Source: a virus. From it: a stretch of DNA of 43,869 nt. The DNA lies in IMG/VR virus record IMGVR_UViG_3300045988_057526, positions 1 to 43,869 of that record, one strand, 5' to 3'. Shown piece after piece: positions 16,839-25,832 of this stretch. Position 1 is the first letter of the stretch, and each line of letters starts with the position of its first letter. Position numbers and translations under genes: made by a program. The notes beneath the pieces are model-generated. The model did no database searches, had not been told where the DNA came from, and worked only from the letters and a program-made list of their open reading frames with translations.

Positions 16839-17240
16839 TTACCTCCTGTAAAGAGTAGTTCCATCTGTTTCGGCTTTGTACCGAGCCACCAGACGGTAGA
16901 TTGTTGCGTTCTCCAAATTGGGAACGGGGGACAGAGAAATACGCCTGAAATTCTTGGCGTACATGAGATCGTCCACAAACCTCATGATCTTTCGGCAAAC
17001 AGATTTCTTACTGCCTGCCTTATCGGAGTAGACATTCACCTCGTACATCAGCGTAGCGAACCGCTCCGTATCTCCGCTGTCCATGTGAGCTTCCGTGGTG
17101 TAGTTATCCTGCTCCACCAAGCTCACATAGGGGAAACGGGTAGGAGCATTGACATACTCGCCGCTGACCAAGATACCGGGAAACTGCGCTCTCAGGGCTT
17201 CCGCAATCGGCGTGTAGATTTGACTCTCCACATCAATCAT
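16839..17240 (-). CDS. Tail completion or terminator protein (133 aa)
   Basis: GAAGGAGG ribosome-binding site, ATGA overlap with the upstream gene, and a position immediately before the major tail gene. Confidence 0.5.
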   Translation of the reverse strand: MIDVESQIYTPIAEALRAQFPGILVSGEYVNAPTRFPYVSLVEQDNYTTEAHMDSGDTERFATLMYEVNVYSDKAGSKKSVCRKIMRFVDDLMYAKNFRRISLSPVPNLENATIYRLVARYKAETDGTTLYRR

Positions 17241-17758
17241 GAAAACACCTCCTTCGCAATTTCCGTGAGCCGGTCTTGCAGCTCCTTTACCGTTTCGTAC
17301 ATCGGCATATTGGCGGGGTTGCCGTGGGTGATGACCACGAACCCACCGTTCTTCTTTTCTTTCAGTACACCGTTCGTACCGGGGTCGCCGTAATAACCCC
17401 AAGAGTGTTGCTTGCCGTGACCCTGACCGTATTCACCACGCTTCATGCCGAGTTCTTCCGCTTCCGGATGATCGTCCGGGTAGGTCACGCCTGCGCCGAA
17501 CTCGATGAATAGGGTAGCCCCGCCTGTCGCTACCACCGCTCGGACATCGTGCCCACGGGATTCTACTGTCACGGAAACATCATTCGTGCCGTCATAAACG
17601 GCCTGCGAGAACTTGGCGGAAGCAACCTCCATACCCTCTTGTGCTACCCGGTCGAGAAATACCGTAGTACGCTCTTGGAGCCAATTTTTCCAGCCCTCGA
17701 CCTCCCGCAACAGGCGGTCGATCTCTCTGCCAGAGAGCGTGATTGAAACCTTTTTCAC
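17237..17758 (-). CDS. Head-tail joining protein (HK97 gp10-like position)
   Basis: Synteny in the neck module. GTGA overlap with the upstream stop. Confidence 0.45.
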   Translation of the reverse strand: MKKVSITLSGREIDRLLREVEGWKNWLQERTTVFLDRVAQEGMEVASAKFSQAVYDGTNDVSVTVESRGHDVRAVVATGGATLFIEFGAGVTYPDDHPEAEELGMKRGEYGQGHGKQHSWGYYGDPGTNGVLKEKKNGGFVVITHGNPANMPMYETVKELQDRLTEIAKEVFS

Positions 17759-18129
17759 GATACCGTCACCTTACTGACCGCATAGGAAATGGAATTGAGG
17801 GACTTGGCGACCCGGCGAACCACGTAATCGTAGAGCGGTTTTCCGTCCTCGTCATACTGGGGCTCCTTGTCGATGAACAGCACGGTATTCTCGTCAATGG
17901 GGCAGCTCAGGTCATCGGTGACGATCACTTTGTCGTACCCAGCGAAATTGCCGAACTGCTCCACCTGAGCGGAGCCTGTCGCCGCCGAGATATTAGCGCT
18001 CATCGCCGCAGCAGGCTTGTAGAACACGATTTCCTCACCGGTCTCGTTACCATACTCATCCTTAGCAGAAACCTTACGGTCGTACAGCAGATACCAGAAG
18101 GGCGATTTGTTGCGGTTCAGCGTCCTCAT
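17755..18129 (-). CDS. Head-tail adaptor or head closure protein
   Basis: Synteny. GGGAGG ribosome-binding site. Confidence 0.5.
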   Translation of the reverse strand: MRTLNRNKSPFWYLLYDRKVSAKDEYGNETGEEIVFYKPAAAMSANISAATGSAQVEQFGNFAGYDKVIVTDDLSCPIDENTVLFIDKEPQYDEDGKPLYDYVVRRVAKSLNSISYAVSKVTVS

Positions 18130-18131
18130 GC

Positions 18132-18458
18132 TTAACCTCCCATTACGGAAGCAAAGGGAACGATGTCCCTCAGCAGCGTAGGCGGTACATCCCCGTCTTC
18201 ATAGGAACGGGAGATGCCATTCTCACTGTGAGCAGTCTGGCCTTCGGCACCCCGTTTGTTCAGCAAATACACAGCAATTTCCACCTGCACAAAGCCGTAC
18301 CGGTAAGGGACAAGCCGCGCATCCGGATCATACGGATATGCCTTACGGCATACCTTGTCACCGGCGATTGAGAGATAGGTGGAAAGAATGCCCTCGTCTG
18401 TCTCGCCAGTCATGGCTTTCACCATTTTCAACTTTTCAGCGTCCGTCACACTTTCCAC
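18132..18458 (-). CDS. Head-tail connector (gp6-like); the true start may be the GTG at 18449
   Basis: TDAEKLKMVKAMTGETDEGILSTYLSIAGDKV resembles gp6-type connector N-termini. Confidence 0.55.
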   Translation of the reverse strand: MESVTDAEKLKMVKAMTGETDEGILSTYLSIAGDKVCRKAYPYDPDARLVPYRYGFVQVEIAVYLLNKRGAEGQTAHSENGISRSYEDGDVPPTLLRDIVPFASVMGG

Positions 18459-18464
18459 CTCCCG

Positions 18465-18728
18465 TCACGCTACCGGTTCCTCGGTTTTCTTACGAGACTT
18501 CTTGATAACCGGAATAGGATTGTTCTCAGACAGATTGAACTTGGTGATGATTTCCTCACGGGTGAGGGCTACGGGGTTGTCGAGGGTATCAACAACCACC
18601 GTACCCATCACAACAGAGGTACTTTCCAGTTCACGCTGAGTAATCACCTTGTCCTTTGCGGTAAAGCCTACATTACGGAAGCGATCTCCCTCCCGTACAT
18701 ACACTTTCCCGTCAGAAACATAGAACAT
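18465..18728 (-). CDS. Hypothetical head-module protein (87 aa)
   Basis: AAGGAGG ribosome-binding site. Lies directly downstream of the capsid gene. Confidence 0.5.
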   Translation of the reverse strand: MFYVSDGKVYVREGDRFRNVGFTAKDKVITQRELESTSVVMGTVVVDTLDNPVALTREEIITKFNLSENNPIPVIKKSRKKTEEPVA

Positions 18729-18739
18729 GGTGAACCTCC

Positions 18740-19768
18740 TTATCCGTTGGTGATGATCTTCGCCAGCGCAATCGTCTTGGGGTCAGCCACGATAGACCAG
18801 TTGTCGGAAGCCGCAAGCTGAGCGTCCGTGGGAGAAGCGGTGTAGCCGGAACTGGGCTTGGTAAAGCTGAAACCGTTGGGGTGCATGGTTTCGCGGATAC
18901 GAGTCACCAGAGCGTCATAGCCTCCGCCTTTGAGCGCGTCACGGGTCAGCTCGGAAGGAACCTTCACCGGAGCAGGAGCATACTGGATAGCACCCAGACC
19001 CAGAACGTAGGTGGTATAGGTCGCTGCCTTGGAAGTATCCGCTGCGGTGGTGGGGCAGCCATCGTCCACGATCACGGTCATGCCATTCACCGTGCCGATA
19101 CGCAGGGGGCGCTCCACGCCGTTTGCGTCCGTATACTTGAGGAAGTCCAGCAGTTTCAGACCAGCCATGTTAGTGGCGACCTTGCTGTGCATAAACACAA
19201 GCTGGAAAGCGTCCTGATTGTCGCCCACGGCCTTCTGGATAGCGTCACCGATAGTGGTTGCACCCATCTTGTTGGCGTCAGCAACGGTGGTAGAAGCGGA
19301 AGACAGGTCGGTGATGTGGTTCGCCCAACCAGCAAACTCACCGCTACCGGTCACACCAAAGACCGCATTGAGGATTTTCAGCATGATGGACTGGCGCTGC
19401 TTCTGCCAATATTTGGACACCTGAGACACGATTTGCTGCATGGGGTCTGCACCGCTGTTGTAGTCAACGATGAAGTCCTTCTCCTTCCAGCCATGCGCAC
19501 GACCGAACACAATGCCGTTCTGAGCGCCGCCAGCGGGGTCGGTCAGGGTGATGTCGGTTGTACCATCGTAGTTCTCAGGAGTGCCGCCGATGATCTTGTA
19601 GAAGGGCAGGGTGTAGAAGTCAGAGCCGTTGGCGATCAGCCGCGCCAGTTCTGCATTCGGGGCGACAGCGCCACTCTCAAACATGGCGGTCAGGGTGGGG
19701 TCTTTTGCGTTTGCCCAGTTGTAATTAAACAGCTCAGGGTCAAACGGGAAGCCGAGATAAGAAGCCAT
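18740..19768 (-). CDS. Major capsid protein (342 aa)
   Basis: Position after the scaffold gene, size, and a strong ribosome-binding site (TGGAGG). Confidence 0.75.
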   Translation of the reverse strand: MASYLGFPFDPELFNYNWANAKDPTLTAMFESGAVAPNAELARLIANGSDFYTLPFYKIIGGTPENYDGTTDITLTDPAGGAQNGIVFGRAHGWKEKDFIVDYNSGADPMQQIVSQVSKYWQKQRQSIMLKILNAVFGVTGSGEFAGWANHITDLSSASTTVADANKMGATTIGDAIQKAVGDNQDAFQLVFMHSKVATNMAGLKLLDFLKYTDANGVERPLRIGTVNGMTVIVDDGCPTTAADTSKAATYTTYVLGLGAIQYAPAPVKVPSELTRDALKGGGYDALVTRIRETMHPNGFSFTKPSSGYTASPTDAQLAASDNWSIVADPKTIALAKIITNG

Positions 19769-19786
19769 AGTGTTATACCTCCATAA

Positions 19787-20347
19787 TTACTTCAAAATTG
19801 TCTGCCAGTCAGAATGTTCCTCGATGAACTCCAACTGGGCTTTAGTGTCGAGTTTCAGAAAAGCAGCCTTGGTCATCTCACCACCCTTACCGCCAGCAGG
19901 GGGCTTGGGGGTATCTTTCAGAACCTTGGCTTTTACATCTTTCTCATACTGTTCCAGAAACTTCTTCTGTGCGGCAAAGACCTTATCCATTTCACCATTT
20001 GCCATAGCGGTAGCGGCTTCGGTTGCCAGCGACTCAGGATAACCCTGTGCGGCGAAACTCGCCTTGTAACTGGAAACGGTCTTCTCCTTTTCCAACCCCG
20101 CCAGCTTGTTCTTCATTTCCTCGAACATCTGCTCATTTTCCAGCTTCTTGCGTTCGTCCTCGGAAAGCAGCTCATTGTGCTTCTTCTTCCAAGACGCAAG
20201 CTCGGAAGCAGTCTTGTCAAAGACATCTTTCTTCACATAGCCGGTATAATCAGGGTCGGGAAAGTCATAGTTTGCGAGGGCTTCCGCTTTCTGCTCTGCG
20301 GTCATATTCGCAAAGCCTTCAATGGTGGAAACATCAATCTTTGCCAT
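19787..20347 (-). CDS. Scaffolding protein (186 aa)
   Basis: Highly charged helical sequence (MAKIDVSTIEGFANMTAEQKAEALANYDFPDPDY...KKKHNELLSEDERKKLENEQMFEEMKNKLAGLEKEK). Lies between the portal and capsid genes. Confidence 0.7.
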   Translation of the reverse strand: MAKIDVSTIEGFANMTAEQKAEALANYDFPDPDYTGYVKKDVFDKTASELASWKKKHNELLSEDERKKLENEQMFEEMKNKLAGLEKEKTVSSYKASFAAQGYPESLATEAATAMANGEMDKVFAAQKKFLEQYEKDVKAKVLKDTPKPPAGGKGGEMTKAAFLKLDTKAQLEFIEEHSDWQTILK

Positions 20348-20464
20348 ACAATCGTTCCTTTCTGCGCTTTTTAGAGTGCATCTCCGCACTATGCCTTTGT
20401 GTTTACGGTTCTCTCCGTTTTGTGATTTAAGGCTTCTCTGCCTATTCAACGCCTTACGGCGATT

Positions 20465-20511
20465 AAACCAAAAGAAAAGGGCTACCAATACCTTTTCGGT
20501 ATCAGTAGCCC
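20465..20511 (-). terminator. Rho-independent terminator inside the late operon (after the portal gene)
   Basis: GGGCTACTGATACC / GGTATTGGTAGCCC stem followed by TTTTCTTTTGG on the minus strand. Confidence 0.65.
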
Positions 20512-20531
20512 GTAATGGCTGTCCCTATCGC

Positions 20532-20684
20532 CTATGCGATAGGCTGTTCATATTTCTTTTTGCTGCTGACCGCCCACACAACCACTTTCTCGTTCCGCTG
20601 CGCGATCTCAACGGTCTTTCCCGTAGTCAAGATTTCTTCAATCTTTCTGACCGCCGCCGGGGTCAGGCGGATTTCCTTCTCCAT
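20532..20684 (-). CDS. Small protein (50 aa) overlapping the portal 3' end, below the track cutoff
   Basis: AAGGAGG lies 9 nt upstream of ATG 20684. Reads MEKEIRLTPAAVRKIEEILTTGKTVEIAQRNEKVVVWAVSSKKKYEQPIA. The stop lies inside an 8-bp hairpin (20524-20543). Confidence 0.5.
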   Translation of the reverse strand: MEKEIRLTPAAVRKIEEILTTGKTVEIAQRNEKVVVWAVSSKKKYEQPIA

Positions 20685-22065
20685 CAGGATTAACCTCCTT
20701 CTGCTTGGTTGTGAGTTCAGCAGCCTTTTTCTCCTGTTCCTCAGCGTAATCCATACTCATACGGTACGCGAGCTGCGGGTCGCTGAACATACCCGAATGT
20801 GTAAAGGCCAGAACAGGGGCAATCTTCGGATTGGCAAGCATAGTAGTCAATACTGTTGCTTTCTGAGCGATATTCTCATAATTGCGGCGAGTAAAGCGAA
20901 CCTCTACGTTCGATAGCTTCAATTCCAGATCACTCAGATCGGAACAGATGTGCAGAACCAGCTTCAAGAACTCTTTTTCGGAGAGCTTGAACATCAACTC
21001 GGAGTCTTTCGCTCTGGCTTCCGCCGCCGACCAACCGTCACGCATGATGACCGCAGAGCCGGTATCGCTGGTGGAAGTACCACCATTACGGTTCGGCATA
21101 CCGCAGATCGTCAGTACCGTGTTATAGAGGTGATCGACCAGCGTTTGTGTCTGGCTCTGGTTCAGTTCGGAGGTCAGATACTTGATCTCCGCTTTATACT
21201 GCGGGTCAATGTCCTTGAACTTAATCGCACCCTCGTCCCGCAGCTTGGAGAAATCATTGCCGGAAATATCAACATTGTGAAACAGCATGAGCGCCTGAAC
21301 AAACTGTTCTACACCGTCAAGACGGTTGCTGTCCACCGTATTGATAGCGTCCAGCAAGGGAAGGACGATCTCGAAAGCACCCAACCGGGCGTTATTCGCC
21401 GGGTATTCGATAATGGGAATACCGAGCGACTGAGCTTCTTCCCGGACGATCATGCTCTGGTTTTCAACCTCGAAATAGCGGTCTTTCGTATAAATGCTGT
21501 AAATCACCGCACCGTCCGACCGCTTAATATACTTCACACCCATTACGGGCGGTTCACCGATGGAATTGGCATACACCACGAAAGCAAACCGAGGGTCGAG
21601 GGTGTAAATTTCGAAAGGAGCTTCATCGCTTTCCTTCTCAAACACGCTGTCTGGAAGCACCATGCGGTATGCCGTGCCGCAGATGTGAAACCAATCTGCC
21701 AGTTCTTTATCCTTTGCTGCCTTATCCTCGGAAAGACAGTAACCGTTCAGAGTGGTGATCTTGTCGGCAACTATCTTATCATCGCTTCGACTGACATACT
21801 GAATAGGTTCACCCATCAGATAGCCAACTTTGAAGGACACGATCTCATTGGCACGGTTCTCGACCACCGTATTTTTAATTTCCGGGCGAACTTCCTTCTT
21901 GCGCTTCAGCACCGGCTGCCTACCCTTGTAGTAAGCGTAGAGGTACTCCATATCCGCCTTATTCGACCAATGCGTGATAAGTGCCTTTCTCAACACTTCC
22001 AGAACATTGTCCCGTGTGATCTCTGTCACATCAGTAAAGATTTTCTTACGACCGAAATGACCCAA
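20638..22065 (-). CDS. Portal protein (SPP1 gp6-like)
   Basis: 475 aa. ADMEYLYAYYKGRQPVLKRKKEVRPEIKNTVVENRANEIVSFKVGYLMGEPIQYV. TTG start lies 9 nt after GGGGAGG. Confidence 0.85.
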   Translation of the reverse strand: MGHFGRKKIFTDVTEITRDNVLEVLRKALITHWSNKADMEYLYAYYKGRQPVLKRKKEVRPEIKNTVVENRANEIVSFKVGYLMGEPIQYVSRSDDKIVADKITTLNGYCLSEDKAAKDKELADWFHICGTAYRMVLPDSVFEKESDEAPFEIYTLDPRFAFVVYANSIGEPPVMGVKYIKRSDGAVIYSIYTKDRYFEVENQSMIVREEAQSLGIPIIEYPANNARLGAFEIVLPLLDAINTVDSNRLDGVEQFVQALMLFHNVDISGNDFSKLRDEGAIKFKDIDPQYKAEIKYLTSELNQSQTQTLVDHLYNTVLTICGMPNRNGGTSTSDTGSAVIMRDGWSAAEARAKDSELMFKLSEKEFLKLVLHICSDLSDLELKLSNVEVRFTRRNYENIAQKATVLTTMLANPKIAPVLAFTHSGMFSDPQLAYRMSMDYAEEQEKKAAELTTKQKEVNPDGEGNPPDPGGGQKD

Positions 22066-22103
22066 GGCAGAATACCTCCCCTCTACCCATTTTCTCTCTT
22101 ATC

Positions 22104-22132
22104 ATTGTATCAAACTCTCCAATGCTTGTCAA
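22104..22132 (-). promoter_or_regulatory. Sigma-70-like promoter upstream of the portal gene: TTGACA, 17-nt spacer, TACAAT
   Basis: Minus strand reads TTGACA (22132-22127), agcattggagagtttga (17 nt), TACAAT (22109-22104), in the terL-portal intergenic gap. Confidence 0.6.
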
Positions 22133-22178
22133 TAGTAAACTTTTAATTATACCATTCGCCACAACGAAAGTAAAGAAC

Positions 22179-23825
22179 TCAGATAGGCCGTTTGAAAACC
22201 TCCACCTTGCCCCCGGACAGCATACGGATTTCGTTCTCCAACAGGGAGAGGGAATCGGGAGCGTCATCGTGCGGAACCTTACCGGAGCGGGTGTATGTGG
22301 TCACTTCCTTCATGAAATTCCAATATTGACTGCCTCGCTTGTAGGTAGAAGGGTGCTTGAAGTAGAAGTTCTTCTTGATATTGTCCGAAGCAAACTCGAT
22401 ACGGGTCTGCTTATTGGAGATCGTGCGCTTCGTGCGGATACCCACGGAATACCCACGCTCACGAATGATCTGGTCAACATCTCTGGCATAATACTGACCG
22501 GCGTTGTTGGACTCAAAAACAGCAGAAGCAACTTTATTTTCAATCAGGCACTTGGCGCATTCCGGCTTCGTCACCTCAGCGGGAGAGTCATCAAAGACCA
22601 CATCGACGATATACACATCGCTGCCGTAAATCTTCGCTACCGGCATGGAGGTCGAATCTGAGCCGCTTTCCGCCGTATCGCCAACGGCGATGATGGTATC
22701 CGGGTCACGGTCTTTCGGCAGCTCGAAGAAATAGTTCAGCTCTTCCTTGTTGAACAGCAGACCCTTCGCCTCAAAGGGCTGTTGCTGAAACTCGCTTTCA
22801 AACTGCTCTGCGCTCAGAAGCTCCCGCTGCTCCCGGAAGTAGGCGGTGGTGAAAACCTTTTTACCCTCCCGCTCGTATTCATAATTGCTCTCGTCCGTCA
22901 CAAGATCGAGGGCGGGTATCTCAATCGCTCTCCAAGCCCAGCCCTCCCGCTGAGCGTGTTCCTGCACACGACCGATGGGGTCATACAGGGAATAGCGAGT
23001 GCCGGTAAAGACCATCGGCGTACCTTCAATGGCACGACCCATGATATCGCCAGAGATCACTTCCCACTTGTCATCAAGCCGCTGGCGGTTCTTCGCTTCC
23101 TCACGACCTTCCACGCAGTCATCAAGGTAGAGGACATTGGTGGCCTCGGACAAGCCCACCTGTCGAGCGTCAATGGAACGGCACATGATCGTGGGGAAAC
23201 GGGACTTGCTTTTCAGGTTCACCGTCTTAGTGTCGGCGTTGGTCTGCACCAACCGTGCATCCGGGAATACATCGTAGAACAGGTACTCGTTGGGAACGGT
23301 CAGGTATTCCAGACAGCCGTTGTAGAAGCTCTTTACAAGGTCATCGCCTGTCCCTTCCATCAGGGTCGAGCGGTCAGGGAACTTCCCAGAGAGCATATTC
23401 ACAAAATTGATACCCGTTTGAGACTTTCCCGCTCGCTTTGGCATGGAGATCGTCAAAAGGCGCAACTTCCCGTCCAAAACATCTTGAAACCCCTGCACCA
23501 TCGGCCTGAGATAGTGCTTACGGGGGGCATAGAACCGCTTTTCTGGCTTGCGGTCGAGTTCGATGTAGGTCATGAAAGAGTCAAAATCATGGGGCGCTTC
23601 AAAGAGAAGACACCGCCGCCACTGTTCATAGAACTTCGCTCCGCCACCACGGACTACCTGATCTGCGGAAAGCGCCAGCAGCTCCTTGTTTACCTTATGT
23701 GCCGCCGAGAAATCCTCAGTTTCCCACTCCCGGCACAGAGAAAAGAGGTCGCTGTACGCTCCGTTATCTCCCGGTCTGCGGTCGATCACGGCTCGGATAG
23801 AGCCGGAGAGTTTTTCATAATTCAT
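22179..23825 (-). CDS. terL: Terminase large subunit
   Basis: 548 aa. Walker A-like MPKRAGKSQTG. Later acidic nuclease-type blocks (IIAVGDTAESGSDS). Lies directly upstream of the portal gene. Confidence 0.85.
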   Translation of the reverse strand: MNYEKLSGSIRAVIDRRPGDNGAYSDLFSLCREWETEDFSAAHKVNKELLALSADQVVRGGGAKFYEQWRRCLLFEAPHDFDSFMTYIELDRKPEKRFYAPRKHYLRPMVQGFQDVLDGKLRLLTISMPKRAGKSQTGINFVNMLSGKFPDRSTLMEGTGDDLVKSFYNGCLEYLTVPNEYLFYDVFPDARLVQTNADTKTVNLKSKSRFPTIMCRSIDARQVGLSEATNVLYLDDCVEGREEAKNRQRLDDKWEVISGDIMGRAIEGTPMVFTGTRYSLYDPIGRVQEHAQREGWAWRAIEIPALDLVTDESNYEYEREGKKVFTTAYFREQRELLSAEQFESEFQQQPFEAKGLLFNKEELNYFFELPKDRDPDTIIAVGDTAESGSDSTSMPVAKIYGSDVYIVDVVFDDSPAEVTKPECAKCLIENKVASAVFESNNAGQYYARDVDQIIRERGYSVGIRTKRTISNKQTRIEFASDNIKKNFYFKHPSTYKRGSQYWNFMKEVTTYTRSGKVPHDDAPDSLSLLENEIRMLSGGKVEVFKRPI

Positions 23826-23918
23826 GTGCATTTCCTTTCCAACAAAGAAACGAGCTACCCGTGTATTTCTACACAGATAGCCCGTCATGGCTGTCACTCC
23901 TGCCCCCGCAGAAGCCAA

Positions 23919-24560
23919 TTATCTGGATTTTGCCATCAGCTCGGCAAACTCCCGGCTGTTTTTCTTAACCGTTCTTTCAATCAATCTCCCATTGCTATAA
24001 AGCACTCGGAAAAGAACAGTAGCAGAGAAAATGTTTCTGGATTGGCTCATGGTCTTCTTTGTACCACTCAAACCACCCACCACGGCACCGGCGCTACCAA
24101 ACATCAAACCGCCAACCGCCGCTCTACCGAGAGATACATTTTTGCCTCGGCTGATTGATTCCTGCCCCATGCCATTATCGCAAGGCTCAGCGGCGACCGG
24201 AACAGGCTTACCAACTTGCAAGGGGAAGGCGGGATATTCCTTTCGGAAATCCTCAATGAGATCGCTCCATTCTTTGTCCGGCAAATCCCAAATGTTTTCC
24301 GGCTTATTTCCGTTCATCGCCACTAAAGCCCCCGTGAGCGTTGCGTTATCCGAGCTGACCATGATTTCAGTTCCGTCTTCCAGTTCCCTCAGATAAAACA
24401 CAAATGGGAGAGAACCTTTCCCCATGCGGAACCTTGTTCGTACCTCAATGCTCTCATTCGGGCAGTCCTGTTTGATGGCGCAAGACCGTTCACAGACTGT
24501 CTTGATAAGCTGATAGCTTTCGCTGGTAGTCATGGGTAATGAAAACTGATAGTACGCCAT
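23919..24560 (-). CDS. Hypothetical protein with a glycine-zipper segment (213 aa)
   Basis: GRAAVGGLMFGSAGAVVGGLSG (aa 145-166) has a small residue every fourth position. Its ATG directly abuts the recombinase TAA stop. Confidence 0.6.
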   Translation of the reverse strand: MAYYQFSLPMTTSESYQLIKTVCERSCAIKQDCPNESIEVRTRFRMGKGSLPFVFYLRELEDGTEIMVSSDNATLTGALVAMNGNKPENIWDLPDKEWSDLIEDFRKEYPAFPLQVGKPVPVAAEPCDNGMGQESISRGKNVSLGRAAVGGLMFGSAGAVVGGLSGTKKTMSQSRNIFSATVLFRVLYSNGRLIERTVKKNSREFAELMAKSR

Positions 24561-25331
24561 TTACACTTCTACCCCTTTCAAAATCGGCTCGTGAACGCCC
24601 TTGACCCAATTCATATTCCCGTATTTATACATACCCTCGTACAGAGGACGGTTGCCGAGAATACTTTTGATGGTAGACACCTGAAACCGCTTGCCGGAAC
24701 GGGTCTGGTATCCCGCCTTTTCCAGCAGCTCCGTGATACCCAGCATGGAAACGCCGTCCTCGTGCTTCTCGAAGATGAACTTCACGATAGGAGCTTCCTG
24801 CTCGTCAATGGTGAGAACACCATCAACTACCTTATAGCCGTAAGGACGGCGACCACCGCTGTACCCGCCGCAGGAAGCCTTGATGGAACGACCCTTGCCG
24901 GTTCGCAAAGCGATGTTCTTTCTCTCCTGCTCTGCCACGAATTGAAGCAGCGCACGGTAGATGTTGGCAAACTCGCTGCCCTCTGTGAAGCTCTCCTGCG
25001 TACTCAGAAGTTTGATGTTCTTCTTTTCCAGCACATACAGGTAGTAGAAGTACAGCTTGGTATCACGAGCCACACGGTCATTCTTGAATACGATCACCGC
25101 TTCATAGGGAGGATTGCTTACATCGTCCCCATAAAGGATTTCGTTCAGACCGGGACGATCATCTTTCGCACCGCTGATTTCATCGACCTTCCAGTCTACG
25201 ATGTTGTAGCCGTTGTCATTGGCGTAGAGAAGAATGGCCTGCTTCTGAACTTCGATGCCGTATTTGTCATCATCGGCCTGTCGCTCGGTGGAGACTCGGA
25301 TATAGCCGATTGCGTTTTTGAATGTCATCAT
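24561..25331 (-). CDS. Short serine recombinase (about 256 aa): catalytic and recombinase domains, no zinc ribbon or coiled coil
   Basis: AIGYIRVSTERQ catalytic Ser. GGRRPYGYKVVDGVLTIDEQEAPIVKFIF...STIKSILGNRPLYEG recombinase domain. Ends shortly after VHEPIL. Confidence 0.8.
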   Translation of the reverse strand: MMTFKNAIGYIRVSTERQADDDKYGIEVQKQAILLYANDNGYNIVDWKVDEISGAKDDRPGLNEILYGDDVSNPPYEAVIVFKNDRVARDTKLYFYYLYVLEKKNIKLLSTQESFTEGSEFANIYRALLQFVAEQERKNIALRTGKGRSIKASCGGYSGGRRPYGYKVVDGVLTIDEQEAPIVKFIFEKHEDGVSMLGITELLEKAGYQTRSGKRFQVSTIKSILGNRPLYEGMYKYGNMNWVKGVHEPILKGVEV

Positions 25332-25350
25332 AAGATCACCTCTTGCATAT

Positions 25351-25379
25351 AAGATAGCATAGGTAAATGTAATTGTCAA
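25351..25379 (-). promoter_or_regulatory. Promoter P2: TTGACA, 17-nt spacer, TATCTT, upstream of the recombinase
   Basis: Minus strand reads TTGACA (25379-25374), attacatttacctatgc (17 nt), TATCTT (25356-25351), then AGAGGTGAT ribosome-binding site and ATG. Confidence 0.6.
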
Positions 25380-25504
25380 TAGGTAAGTGTAAATAAGCCT
25401 TTTTATTTTTTTGCGGATATTTTTCAGCTTACCCCACCCTCGCTGCCGCTGGCATATCCCCCGCCCCCGTCACCCATTCACGTTGCCCCGATTAGGCCGA
25501 AAAA

Positions 25505-25542
25505 GCGCAAAAAATAACCGCCCCGGAATAGCACCGGGGCGG
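25505..25542 (-). terminator. Rho-independent terminator closing the four-gene cassette
   Basis: CCGCCCCGG / CCGGGGCGG 9-bp stem followed on the minus strand by TTATTTTTTG. Confidence 0.75.
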
Positions 25543-25545
25543 CGT

Positions 25546-25818
25546 TCACTTATTCAATTTCAATATTTCAATCAAGATTTGCACCGGCAGCAAAAGCAAC
25601 AAAAGAATTAAATACACGCTTTCACCGCCTTTCAACCCACGCACACCCAAACAAAAGCGGGGGTTGTATTTCCGGCCTTTATATGGCTTTACCGTGATAT
25701 TACAAAAGCAATTTGCAACCCCTTGCACCCATGTTTCATAGCGTATAAACGCTTGTACTGTGTCAGGGGATACAAGATAGCAGCTTGCGCCGCCGTGCTT
25801 TTTCCTTGCGTATATCAT
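25546..25818 (-). CDS. Hypothetical protein (90 aa) with a Leu-rich hydrophobic C-terminus; coding status uncertain
   Basis: ORF runs from a G-rich ribosome-binding site to just before the terminator. It contains a 13-mer also found in promoter P1. Confidence 0.35.
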   Translation of the reverse strand: MIYARKKHGGASCYLVSPDTVQAFIRYETWVQGVANCFCNITVKPYKGRKYNPRFCLGVRGLKGGESVYLILLLLLLPVQILIEILKLNK

Positions 25819-25832
25819 GCCCCACACCCCCG

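Noticed and set aside
24561-25331. The short recombinase and the following 213-aa ORF as two halves of one frameshifted large serine integrase (combined size about 470 aa).
   Set aside because: The 213-aa protein has no CxxC...CxxC zinc ribbon or coiled-coil region. The junction is a clean TAA followed by ATG rather than a frame break within a domain.
25432-25475. C-runs on the plus strand (G-runs of 4, 3, 5, 5 and 3 on the minus strand) upstream of promoter P2, as a possible G-quadruplex.
   Set aside because: One loop would be 18 nt long and the surrounding context is simply GC-rich intergenic DNA. This is too weak to call without biophysical data.
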